From Candidatus Woesebacteria bacterium (GTDB lineage Bacteria; Patescibacteriota; Microgenomatia; UBA1400; UBA12108), in NCBI GenBank assembly GCA_018060845.1, contig JAGOVG010000001.1, positions 152,740 to 216,739 on the forward strand: DNA of 64,000 bases, in the 5' to 3' direction. The position numbers were made by a program, and so were the translations under genes. The notes beneath the pieces are model-generated. The model was given only the letters and a program-made list of their open reading frames with translations. It was not told where the DNA came from and made no database searches. This document shows, one piece after another, positions 16,524 through 24,979 of the stretch (position 1 is the stretch's first letter; the number at the start of each line of letters is the position of its first letter).

Positions 16524-16756
16524 ACCAAGCGTTTGTTACGAAACGCAAATCCAGAGTGGGTTTTAAGATATTTTTCAAAATTTAAAGCTAGTATTTTAGA
16601 TACGAACGAAGAGTAATATATGAGCTTGATCGGACGCAACTTGCGAGTTTGGGGAACATTACCTAACATATGATCATTGATTCTAGTCTTTAGATCAGAC
16701 GAGAATCCTGTGTAATAAGTATTATCTGAGAGTTGAAGAATGTAGGTGTAGAACAT
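16520..16756 (-). CDS. GIY-YIG nuclease family protein (YhbQ/UPF0213-like)
   Basis: FYTYILQLSDNTYYTGFSSDLKTRINDHMLG...TRKLRPIKLIYYSSF. Confidence 0.6.
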   Translation of the reverse strand: MFYTYILQLSDNTYYTGFSSDLKTRINDHMLGNVPQTRKLRPIKLIYYSSFVSKILALNFEKYLKTHSGFAFRNKRLV

Positions 16757-17339
16757 TAGTGTAATTATAGCCCCACTCCGCATAAAGCTTCGCTAGGGAC
16801 ACACTTCGCCTGACATATAGAATCATGTTCCATGAATTAGTTTTGTGTGTGGCCGTGCCACTGCGTAGCTCCGTAGGAGCGAAGTGTGGAGACGGAGGGC
16901 AGTGAGCCCTCGTCCGGAGCGAGTTTTTAACACCATCTACATACATAGATAAATTTATTTTTTAACCTCTCAACTATTAGGTATTTATCAGACCAAGATA
17001 GTTTTGAGGGTAGTCGTTTATATGGCCACGCCTGACTAGGGCGGGGTTATGGCTCATGTTTGTTTCCACCTACACCATTGCCATGAGCGACTCGGGTGTA
17101 AATGTCCTGGTTAAGCTCTATTACCCGCGAGGGTGTAGTTACCAAACAAGGAAGCAATAGCGCGATCTGCACTCTCTAAGAGAGAAACAAATTTACTATA
17201 TGCTGTCTGTGCAGTTTTAGTGACAGATATTTTTTGACGCTGTTTTACGACTTCTCTCGTCAAAGTCGGTATGCAGATGTTAAAGAACTGTCGCCTCGTC
17301 AAAGCAAGACGTCCCCAATAGGCTGTATTATAGCATAGT

Positions 17340-17903
17340 ATGGCAATATTAGACTGGATATATCCGAAAAAATGCCTGGGATGTGGGGAGAGTGGTAGGT
17401 ATATTTGCCTGACCTGTCAGAGAGGGATCCAGAGGAGGGGCGAGAGCCTAAAATACACTGGAATAGTGCGAAAGACAATAAAGCAGGTTAAGTACCGTGG
17501 GAGCTACGACCTGGTGCATGAACTAGTTGAGTTGTGGGCGCCCATGAGGCCACTGGGCTTGGTTATAGTGACTAGTGTGCCCATGTGGGAGGGAAAGAAG
17601 AGAGTCAGGGGTTATAACCAAGCTGAGTTAATAGCCCGAGAAGTGGCTAGTCTATGGAGTGTGGAGTATCGTGAGCTACTAAACAGGAGTAGAGAGACTA
17701 AGCCGATGTACGGACTAGATAAACAAGCTCGTCTAGCTAATATTAGTGGGGCATTTGAAGTTAAATCACAAATCATTACAAATCAAAAAACCATTGTTTT
17801 GATTGACGATGTTTGGACGAGCGGGGCGACGATGCAGGAGTGTATGAGAGTACTCAAGCGTGCGGGATGGGAAAGGGTAATACCGATATCGCTTGCTAGC
17901 TAG
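17340..17903 (+). CDS. ComF-family phosphoribosyltransferase
   Basis: N-terminal CxxC..CxxC (CLGCGE..CLTCQ). NISGAFEV. PRTase motif IVLIDDVWTSGATM. Confidence 0.7.
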   Translation: MAILDWIYPKKCLGCGESGRYICLTCQRGIQRRGESLKYTGIVRKTIKQVKYRGSYDLVHELVELWAPMRPLGLVIVTSVPMWEGKKRVRGYNQAELIAREVASLWSVEYRELLNRSRETKPMYGLDKQARLANISGAFEVKSQIITNQKTIVLIDDVWTSGATMQECMRVLKRAGWERVIPISLAS

Positions 17904-17909
17904 AGTAAT

Positions 17910-18551
17910 TTATTCTTCGCTTGGCATGGTAGCGCCATATTTTTTGGCCATTTCTTCTAGAGCTTTCATATCGTATTCACCACTAGCGTTGGGTGAGGGG
18001 ATGGCCTTGGTCATCTCAGAGAGATCGGTGAATTTGACTGATTGAGGTGGGACGAAATCGGAGTCGGAGGCAGCTGACTTGTCGCAGTTTATGGTGTAGC
18101 CGTCTTCTTTTAGGGTGTCAAAGCCAGATTCGGAGTTAAAGTCGGGAGTTTCTGGAGTGTTTTTACTGTATTCTTTGGCGGATTCGGCCATTTTTTTGGC
18201 TTCCTCTTCGGTAGGGATTGCCATTTTGGTGCCTACTTCTTTTCCGTCTTCCCACATGTAGAGATACTTTTCGTCGTTGAGCATAAACGAAGTCATTTTG
18301 GTGGACTCGACCTGGGTAAGCATGGTTGCTTTCATCTTTTTACCTTTGATCAGGTACTCTGTTTTTTCTTCACCTTTGGTCATGGTGCAGAGAGTGGGGT
18401 TGCCTGAGGCGATAGCTGCTGCCCACTGAGTGGCCTCTTTGACTTGCTCTACAGCAGATTGGGGAGCGTCTGTTTTTTTATTGTTCATATAAAAATAGCC
18501 ACCAAAGGCTAAGAGGATAGCGACTAGTACTAAGGGGAGTGCTTTTTTCAT
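17910..18551 (-). CDS. Secreted or membrane-anchored hypothetical protein
   Basis: Signal/TM MKKALPLVLVAILLAFGGYFY, then a Lys/Glu-rich region. Confidence 0.4.
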   Translation of the reverse strand: MKKALPLVLVAILLAFGGYFYMNNKKTDAPQSAVEQVKEATQWAAAIASGNPTLCTMTKGEEKTEYLIKGKKMKATMLTQVESTKMTSFMLNDEKYLYMWEDGKEVGTKMAIPTEEEAKKMAESAKEYSKNTPETPDFNSESGFDTLKEDGYTINCDKSAASDSDFVPPQSVKFTDLSEMTKAIPSPNASGEYDMKALEEMAKKYGATMPSEE

Positions 18552-18563
18552 GAATGCCTTTCT

Positions 18564-18953
18564 TTAAACGTTAAGTTTATAGACAATTAGGACTGTGAGC
18601 ATGGTTAGGATGCCACCCCAGAACATGTCGGCGAGAGCGAGACTCCAGGTATAGCCGCGCATAACTGCGAGATTGGTTAGGTCGTAGGTAGCATATGCGG
18701 CAAACCCAAAGAGGAAGGACTGGGTGAGGAGGGTGTTGAGAGGTAGTTTGTTTGCTAGGGCTGGCATGAGGATGAGGTAGAGGAGAGTAGAGAGATAAAT
18801 TATATAAAATAAGCCGGCAGCGAGTAGATTGGGTGTAGCGGTCATAAGGTGGGGGACGACCTTTTTCATCCAAGGCGAGGCGACCTGGGTGATCCAGATA
18901 CTGTCGATAGCGAGGAATGCAACGAGGGATTGGAGCAATAACTTGATGAACAT
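18564..18953 (-). CDS. Hypothetical membrane protein
   Basis: Four hydrophobic helices, 129 aa. Confidence 0.4.
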   Translation of the reverse strand: MFIKLLLQSLVAFLAIDSIWITQVASPWMKKVVPHLMTATPNLLAAGLFYIIYLSTLLYLILMPALANKLPLNTLLTQSFLFGFAAYATYDLTNLAVMRGYTWSLALADMFWGGILTMLTVLIVYKLNV

Positions 18954-18971
18954 TAAATATACTATAGCAGA

Positions 18972-19448
18972 TTAGTATGCTCTGGGTGGGAGCTGGCGAG
19001 GACCTAGAGGTGAGAGAGTTAGCGAGCAGGCTTGGTTATAAATGAGCTCGATTTTTGAACTTAGGTCATCGATATTTATTCCTTGCGACTCAAGGCTCGT
19101 TACAACTTCTTTAATCCCTGCATCGTAGTCATTTTTGTGTTTGGTCATGATATCTTTCCAGACTATATTACTTAGTGGAGAGAGGAGTGAATGGTCGTAT
19201 GGGAGATCACCTCGTAGCATGAGGAGGGTAAGCATAGGATAGCTGATGCTGTGAGTATAGTAGGCAGTGTTATCATTGCTCATGATCTGCATGGTATGGG
19301 GATCGTATTTGACTGTGTAGAACTTGCCGCGGCTAGAGCTAAATAGTTTTAGCTCAGTATCACTCACTAGTTCATAACGTTTGTCGGCAATGGCGGTTAG
19401 AGCCTCGTAGATTTTGCTGATGTGGGGAGCGGCGTAGGGTTGAGACAT
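18972..19448 (-). CDS. Hypothetical protein
   Basis: 158-aa ORF with no recognisable motif. Confidence 0.35.
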   Translation of the reverse strand: MSQPYAAPHISKIYEALTAIADKRYELVSDTELKLFSSSRGKFYTVKYDPHTMQIMSNDNTAYYTHSISYPMLTLLMLRGDLPYDHSLLSPLSNIVWKDIMTKHKNDYDAGIKEVVTSLESQGINIDDLSSKIELIYNQACSLTLSPLGPRQLPPRAY

Positions 19449-19478
19449 AGGGATATAATAATCTAAGAAGGGATATTA

Positions 19479-19736
19479 ATGAAGAACGATAAATCCAATC
19501 TGTTACTAATAAGCGATGAAAAGAAGCGAGGGGCGGTAGAGGCGATTATTGCGTTTTATAAGCGGGAACGAGATGAAGAGATTGGAGTGATAGCAGCCGA
19601 AGAAATATTGGAGTTCGTGATCGATTTGGTAGGTAAAGACATTTTTAATAAAGGAATAGATGAGACAGTCCGACTCGTACAGGACAGGCTCTCGGGCGTG
19701 TGGATGGATGTTGAAGCAATTGTGAAGAAGGGCTAG
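19479..19736 (+). CDS. DUF2164-like small protein
   Basis: 85 aa, pattern EEILEFVIDLVGKDIFNKGIDE. Confidence 0.4.
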   Translation: MKNDKSNLLLISDEKKRGAVEAIIAFYKRERDEEIGVIAAEEILEFVIDLVGKDIFNKGIDETVRLVQDRLSGVWMDVEAIVKKG

Positions 19737-20033
19737 TTATAGATAGTGGGTATTATCCTCTGATTCCGCTGGGATCATGATGTTGAGAAATATTAGATCA
19801 GAGTTTGAGTCATTAACACCCTCGTGTACCGTACCCCTTTTGCGAAAGTAAAACTTGCCTTGTTTGTGAGTTTTGGTATTTCCGCGAAACACATACTCAA
19901 TCTCAGTCGCATCATGATAATGAGGCTTTTCGACCCCACCTGGAACCATAAAGTAGATGTAAATTGAAATAGGCTTAATATCTAGGATTTTTATAGATTT
20001 GCGGTAGGGAGTAGTAGTCATGTTTGGCTGCAC
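19737..20033 (-). CDS. Cupin-domain protein
   Basis: HYHDATEIEYVFRGN is a cupin motif 1-like sequence. Confidence 0.5.
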   Translation of the reverse strand: MQPNMTTTPYRKSIKILDIKPISIYIYFMVPGGVEKPHYHDATEIEYVFRGNTKTHKQGKFYFRKRGTVHEGVNDSNSDLIFLNIMIPAESEDNTHYL

Positions 20034-20051
20034 GATATCTAATGTAGGAAC

Positions 20052-20546
20052 CTATTTTACTGGTTTCATGAGCTCAATCCCGTACTCGTCAAAACCAAAT
20101 TTTTTGTAAAGATTTAGGGCTGGACTGTTTCTATAAAGGACTCCAAGCCCCACGTAAGTAAATCCAAGTTCTCTGGCTCGAGCTTCGGCAGTTTTAAGTA
20201 ATTCTGTAGCAATGCCTTGATTACGAAAACGACTATCGACATAAATAGAATTGATTCGGAGATATTTTTTGTAGGTGTTTTCGATTTCGTCTTCAGAACT
20301 AAACTCAATAAATCCAGATGGGACCCCTTCTGTAAAAGCAATATAGTATTCATAACTACTATTTTCCTGACTAGTTTTTACGTATTCTTGAAACATTAGC
20401 TCAGCCTGTGCTTCCGTGATATCTCGATTAGATTCGAATTCGTGTTCACCCATCTGCAAACCAAGATAAAAAAATTTGATGATATCGAAAAGTTCGGGAG
20501 TGGGGTAGGTGATTTTCTTAATAGTTGTTGCCATAAGGAGAAACAT
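20052..20546 (-). CDS. GNAT family N-acetyltransferase
   Basis: RFRNQGIATELLKTAEARARELGFTYVGLGV...LNLYKKFGF matches the acetyl-CoA binding motif. Confidence 0.75.
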   Translation of the reverse strand: MFLLMATTIKKITYPTPELFDIIKFFYLGLQMGEHEFESNRDITEAQAELMFQEYVKTSQENSSYEYYIAFTEGVPSGFIEFSSEDEIENTYKKYLRINSIYVDSRFRNQGIATELLKTAEARARELGFTYVGLGVLYRNSPALNLYKKFGFDEYGIELMKPVK

Positions 20547-20552
20547 ACTGGA

Positions 20553-20636
20553 TTTATAAGTTACCCTGGACTTTTTATAGTTTATTTATAAACTGCGGGG
20601 TACTATATACGATGTTATAACCTATCTTTCTAATGA
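20553..20636. repeat. About 85-bp leader repeat, copy 1, upstream of the GNAT gene
   Basis: ttataagttaccctggactttttatagtttatttataaactgcggggtactatatacgatgttataacctatc. About 85% identical to 21201-21280. Confidence 0.6.
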
Positions 20637-20646
20637 TGAAATTAGT

Positions 20647-21132
20647 TTAGCGAGATTGTAATACTCTATCGAGAATTGCGTGATAGTTAAACATATCATG
20701 GGAGCTACTTCTCTTGTCTATTTCTGCTTGAGTAATCATTTCTGTCGCCATCATTAGCCAAAGTGCATCAGGAATTTTGCTTTTTTCTAGTGCTTGCATT
20801 GCATTCCAGATGTCTACTTCAACAAAAGCTGTGGGTTCTATTGGTAGGTTAGTCGTGGTGAATTCTTGGAGTTTAAAATCTGGGTACCCGAGTTGTCTAG
20901 GGATAAATGTTTTAACTTTCTTTATAAACGATTTACTCACACCAGTTTCATATTTCGCAAAACTAACAGCTGCTTGAGCTGCTATTGTCCAAAAATCTCC
21001 GTCTACATATAGGAATTTTTCTGGGTTATCGTATTGTGAGTGGTCGGTAATTGGTTGATAAAATATAGAGAGACGAAAGTCTCTTCCTTGAGCGATAGGA
21101 TAGCGATGATTACAATCTACTGTATTTGTCAT
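20647..21132 (-). CDS. Hypothetical protein (161 aa), cassette-like gene
   Basis: ORF with no recognisable motif. Preceded by repeat copy 2. Confidence 0.4.
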   Translation of the reverse strand: MTNTVDCNHRYPIAQGRDFRLSIFYQPITDHSQYDNPEKFLYVDGDFWTIAAQAAVSFAKYETGVSKSFIKKVKTFIPRQLGYPDFKLQEFTTTNLPIEPTAFVEVDIWNAMQALEKSKIPDALWLMMATEMITQAEIDKRSSSHDMFNYHAILDRVLQSR

Positions 21133-21200
21133 ATTGTTCCTCCTTATGGCAGTGTGTATATTGTAGCAGGGTAGGCAAGAGAGGTTTTTTATAAATAGGT

Positions 21201-21280
21201 TATAAGTTACTCTGGTGTATTTATAGTTGATTTATAAACTGCGGAGAACTATATCCGATGTTGGAACCTATTTTTTGAAA
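21201..21280. repeat. About 85-bp leader repeat, copy 2
   Basis: ttataagttactctggtgtatttatagttgatttataaactgcggagaactatatccgatgttggaacctatttttt. Confidence 0.6.
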
Positions 21281-21804
21281 TAAATACTGCAAATCATGTC
21301 ATTTTTCCTAAATGGGCGAGAGGAAGTAATGATTGTGTAATTGGGATCTGGTGAGTGAGGAAATGTTTCAAGAATGGCAGTGATATCATCATAATGATTG
21401 ATTAACTGTTGTAAATTGTTTACCTGGAAGGGGAACCATTTTTTGAAGTTGCTTTTTTTGCGTAAATTCAAGAAAGCTCCGACAGTTGCATCTTCTGGAC
21501 ACATAAATCTTGTGTCAAAATCTCTAATCTTCAGAACATATTCTAGTCCTTGTATTCCATATAGTACGTCTACGGTACCTTTCTCCGGAATTTCTATTTG
21601 TGCAGAGACTCCTCCTTCAAAAACACTGATGATTTTGGTTTTTATTCCTGGAATAGTGGAGGCTTCTTTTGAGAATTTTTGTTCAGCATATTGATCTTGG
21701 AATGCAAGGACGACTATGACAATCGCCACTAAACCTATAAACGCGGCGAGCAGTAAAATACCAATTTTCTTAAGTATTGATTTGTATTTACCTGGTTTTT
21801 TCAT
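21271..21804 (-). CDS. Membrane-anchored hypothetical protein (177 aa)
   Basis: Start set at MKKPGKYKSILKKIGILLLAAFIGLVAIVIVV. The longer ORF would run across both tRNA genes and is rejected. Confidence 0.5.
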
Positions 21805-21805
21805 A

Positions 21806-21842
21806 GTTTGCTTGTAAACCACTCTGGGTGTTTTATAATCTG
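21806..21842. repeat. Leader repeat, copy 3 (partial), abutting the 3' end of tRNA-Ser
   Basis: ttgtaaaccactctgggtgttttataatctgcgg aligns with the 5' half of copies 1 and 2. Confidence 0.45.
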
Positions 21843-21928
21843 CGGAGACGGTGAGATTTGAACTCACGCGTGTCTTGCGACACAAGAGGTTAGCAACCTC
21901 TCGCAATGGGCCACTATGCGACGTCTCC
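21843..21928 (-). tRNA. tRNA-Ser (anticodon GCU), class II with a long variable arm
   Basis: Minus strand reads GGAGACG-tc-gca..tgc-g-AGAGG-ttGCTaa-CCTCT, a long variable arm, then GTGAG-TTCAAAT-CTCAC-CGTCTCC-g. CCA is not encoded. Confidence 0.8.
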
Positions 21929-21969
21929 TTTGATATTCTCTGAATGATTGAAATTATAGCATTGAACTG

Positions 21970-22054
21970 CGGAAGGGAAGGGATTCGAACCCTTGGTGAG
22001 TTTCCCCACGGAGGTTTAGTAAACCTCTGCACTAGGCCACTATGCGACCCCTCC
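21970..22054 (-). tRNA. Class II tRNA (Ser-like) whose anticodon loop reads ttACTaa, an apparent ACU anticodon, which is non-canonical
   Basis: Minus strand reads GGAGGGG-tc-gca..tgc-a-GAGGT-ttACTaa-ACCTC, a 16-nt variable arm, then AAGGG-TTCGAAT-CCCTT-CCCTTCC-g. Confidence 0.6.
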
Positions 22055-22081
22055 AGGCTTTTTATTTTAACACGTGAGATA

Positions 22082-22768
22082 ATGGCTTTCATGCAGACAA
22101 CCAAAATAGGTAAATACACGGTGTGGTACGAGAACTCGGAAGAGTTTAACGAGCTCAAAAGAGAGGTCTGGAGTCACCACGCATATTACCTAGAGGATCT
22201 GGACGAGCCAGAAAGAGTTGTCGATATTGGAGCACACATCGGACTCGCCACTCTTTACTTTGCCCAGATTTATCCTAGCGCCAAGATATTGGCTTATGAG
22301 CCAGATCCACAGAACTTTGAAATATTATTAAAAAACATAACAGAGAATGGCCTACTAAGTAGAGTTGAGTGTATAAACGCAGCGGTTGCACCTAAGAGTG
22401 GCAGAATCAAACTCCAAGCACCAATCTACCCAGATGAGTGGCGCAGTGGGGTGGGAATAATCCCTAAGGGATGGCGCGGCGTCCTGCATACCAAAGAGAT
22501 GGAAGTAGAGGCAGTCGGGATCGGCGAAATCCTAGAAGAGGGAGCTGACCTGATAAAGATGGATATGGAGGGCATGGAGTACGAGGTGATCACACATGGG
22601 ATATGGGATAGGGTCGAGAACTTGATAATGGAGGTCCATCCACGCGATGGTAAGCGAATAGGTGAGATAGAAAAATATCTAATTGACCAAGGCTACAAAT
22701 TAGAGAAGCGGATGGACGAGAGTAAGTATGGAGTGGGTCTGTGCACAATAGTCGCACATAAGGTATAA
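22082..22768 (+). CDS. FkbM-family SAM-dependent methyltransferase
   Basis: VVDIGAHIGLATLYFAQIYP...ILAYEPDPQNF. Start set at MAFMQTT, downstream of the tRNA genes. Confidence 0.6.
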   Translation: MAFMQTTKIGKYTVWYENSEEFNELKREVWSHHAYYLEDLDEPERVVDIGAHIGLATLYFAQIYPSAKILAYEPDPQNFEILLKNITENGLLSRVECINAAVAPKSGRIKLQAPIYPDEWRSGVGIIPKGWRGVLHTKEMEVEAVGIGEILEEGADLIKMDMEGMEYEVITHGIWDRVENLIMEVHPRDGKRIGEIEKYLIDQGYKLEKRMDESKYGVGLCTIVAHKV

Positions 22769-22774
22769 CTAGAA

Positions 22775-23188
22775 GTGATGGAGAACTTGTTTCAGCGGAT
22801 ATCAACTAAAGTGGCTGTATGGATGGGGAGTGCGGGTGCATTTGTCTGGTCGATGATGCTAGTTGCTGTGTGGGCCATAACCGGTCCCTGGTTTAATTAT
22901 TCTGATTCCTGGCAGCTAGTGATCAATACAGGTACCACTGTTGCGACATTTCTCATGGTTTTTTTGATTCAGAACACTCAAAATAGAGACGCAAAAGCTA
23001 TACATATTAAACTAGACGAACTGATCAAAGCAGAGGGTAAAGCCAGGAACGGTGTAGTTTCAGCAGAAGAGTTGTCAGAGAAAGAACTAGATCACTTGTT
23101 GGCTGAATTTCATGATATTCACGAAAAGTATGAGAAGGAAATTACTAAGAAAGGAGGTAAAAAAATTAAGGTTACATATAGTGAATAG
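22775..23188 (+). CDS. Low-affinity iron permease-like small membrane protein (PF04120-like)
   Basis: WQLVINTGTTVATFLMVFLIQNTQNRDAKAIHIKLDELI. Confidence 0.5.
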   Translation: MMENLFQRISTKVAVWMGSAGAFVWSMMLVAVWAITGPWFNYSDSWQLVINTGTTVATFLMVFLIQNTQNRDAKAIHIKLDELIKAEGKARNGVVSAEELSEKELDHLLAEFHDIHEKYEKEITKKGGKKIKVTYSE

Positions 23189-23209
23189 CCTGTAATGGAG
23201 GATTGTTGA

Positions 23210-23506
23210 ATGAGATTATCTTTTTTGTTTGATCGTGTAGAGAGTGTAGGAGATATTAAAATTAAAATTGCCCGCAAGATTGCCCTGTTAGATAAGTATT
23301 TAAAGCACGTTTCATCTGACTTACGAGCCGGAGTAGTTAAGCTATCTCGCGGAGAGCGCTGGGGTTACAAAGTTAAGGTAGACCTAAAAATCCCAGGCAA
23401 AGATGTGATCGCCGAATCACAGGAAACAGATTTACTGAGTGCCGTAGACAGTGTAATAGCAAAACTGAAGCGTGGGCTGCAGAAACGGAATAGAGGGAGA
23501 GCCTAG
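23210..23506 (+). CDS. hpf: Ribosome hibernation promoting factor (HPF/RaiA family)
   Basis: 98 aa. ...ERWGYKVKVDLKIPGKDVIAESQETDLLSAVDSVIAKLKRGLQK. Confidence 0.65.
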   Translation: MRLSFLFDRVESVGDIKIKIARKIALLDKYLKHVSSDLRAGVVKLSRGERWGYKVKVDLKIPGKDVIAESQETDLLSAVDSVIAKLKRGLQKRNRGRA

Positions 23507-24681
23507 TTGTTGCGGAGCGCCCCTAAGCGACGACTTAGGTATATAGAGGTGAGGATAAGGATGAGTGCGGATAGTTGAAAAGGTGAATTTTTGCCGATTA
23601 CAAAATATAGTTCACCTGCTAGAGCTGGTCCAATGATCCGTCCTAGAGAACTGGCTGATTGCAAAACTCCGAGAGTCTCACCGTACTCGCTTGGCTCGAT
23701 GTTTTCTGTTGCTAGGGCATTTAGAGTGGGGTTGGCGAGACTATTGCCGAGTACTATAAAAAAGTTTGCAAAAAGATGTAGTGGGAGAGAGCGAGTTAGT
23801 GATAGAAGTAAAAATCCCAACGCGAGGGTGGGGAGAGAGATGATTAAGAGTTTCTTTTCACCAAAATATGAGATAAGTCGCGGGAGTAACTGGGTTTGAG
23901 CAATAATTGAGAGGATGCCTATATAGGCAAAAATTGAGCCAACTTGTGACGGCCCCCAGTTAAAGGAGTCTTGTGCCCAGATTGCGTAGGTACCCTGCAT
24001 CCCAGCAAACCCTAGTGAGATTAAGAAAGAGACAACGATTAAAAGGCCAATAGGCTGCTTACTGAGTAGTAGGCGAAATTTGTCCCAAGTGAGTTTGGTG
24101 TTTGGCGAGCGAGTAGAGACTTTGAGGTTAACGGTTTCTTTGAGAAAGAAAACAGTCATGAGCGTAGTTATTGTGCCGATTATGGCTGCAACTAGTGCAG
24201 GGATAGCAAATCCAAATCTTGAGAGGTAGCCTCCTGTGGCAGGTCCGAGCATGAACCCTAATCCAAAGGCAGCACCTAGTAGTCCCATTCCCTTAGCTCG
24301 AGTTTTTTTATCGGTAATGTCGGCCATGTAGGCCTGCGCGATACTAATGTTCCCGCCTGTAATACCATCAATGATGCGAGATAAAAATAGTAGAGGCAGA
24401 GAGTTGGCGGTAGCTAAGAGTAAGTACCCTATGACTGACCCGATTTGAGAAATGATTAAGATTTTTTTGCGCCCATAGCGATCAGACAATCTCCCTAGTA
24501 TCGGTCCTGCTAAGAACTGAAATAGAGAATAGCTAGCTGACAGTAGTCCAATTACCAGAGGATTGGCGTTATAGTTTTCTGCTATATAGGGGAGTAAGGG
24601 GAGGATTAGTCCAAACCCTAGTAGATCGATAAATACTATGAGGAATATTGTTGTTAACCTTGAGTTGTTGTTACTTTGCAT
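23503..24681 (-). CDS. MFS transporter
   Basis: 12 TM helices. GLLSASYSLFQFLAGPILGRLSDRYGRKKIL is an MFS signature. Confidence 0.75.
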   Translation of the reverse strand: MQSNNNSRLTTIFLIVFIDLLGFGLILPLLPYIAENYNANPLVIGLLSASYSLFQFLAGPILGRLSDRYGRKKILIISQIGSVIGYLLLATANSLPLLFLSRIIDGITGGNISIAQAYMADITDKKTRAKGMGLLGAAFGLGFMLGPATGGYLSRFGFAIPALVAAIIGTITTLMTVFFLKETVNLKVSTRSPNTKLTWDKFRLLLSKQPIGLLIVVSFLISLGFAGMQGTYAIWAQDSFNWGPSQVGSIFAYIGILSIIAQTQLLPRLISYFGEKKLLIISLPTLALGFLLLSLTRSLPLHLFANFFIVLGNSLANPTLNALATENIEPSEYGETLGVLQSASSLGRIIGPALAGELYFVIGKNSPFQLSALILILTSIYLSRRLGALRNN

Positions 24682-24703
24682 ACAGTGGGATTATACTGTA
24701 GAT

Positions 24704-24979
24704 ATGAGCTGGCAACTGATATATTTTTGGAGTAAAAAAATTCATCGACTCGCGATGTGGTTCTCGATAGTTTTTGGCGTACCACTAGCGCTAAGTGGAG
24801 TCATGATCCACAAATTAATGGAGGGAGAGTTTTTCTTGATACCGTTTGATGAGCCCACTGTCAGGTTTGTTCATAATAAAGCTAGTAACCCCTTTGCACT
24901 CACGCTCGCCGTTATGATGGTCACGGGATTTTTGATGTGGCTTGTCCCTAAGATAATGAGTGCGAGAGCCAAGCGATGA
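24704..24979 (+). CDS. Small membrane hypothetical protein
   Basis: Two TM helices. Start set at MSWQLIYF to avoid overlapping the MFS start. Confidence 0.3.
   Translation: MSWQLIYFWSKKIHRLAMWFSIVFGVPLALSGVMIHKLMEGEFFLIPFDEPTVRFVHNKASNPFALTLAVMMVTGFLMWLVPKIMSARAKR

Noticed and set aside
16524-17339. Looked for tmRNA (ssrA) next to smpB on both strands
   Set aside because: I found no GGATTCGAC-type D-region and no GGTTCGAATCC-like T-loop with an Ala-type acceptor/CCA. The hairpinned stretch at 16790-16930 is too short for tmRNA. It is kept only as an unclassified structured region.
21268-22158. 296-aa minus-strand ORF and the 274-aa plus-strand ORF 21944..22768 as annotated in the track
   Set aside because: Both extended reading frames run straight across the two tRNA genes (21843-21928, 21970-22054). 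I trimmed them to the internal starts MKKPGKYK (21804) and MAFMQTT (22082).
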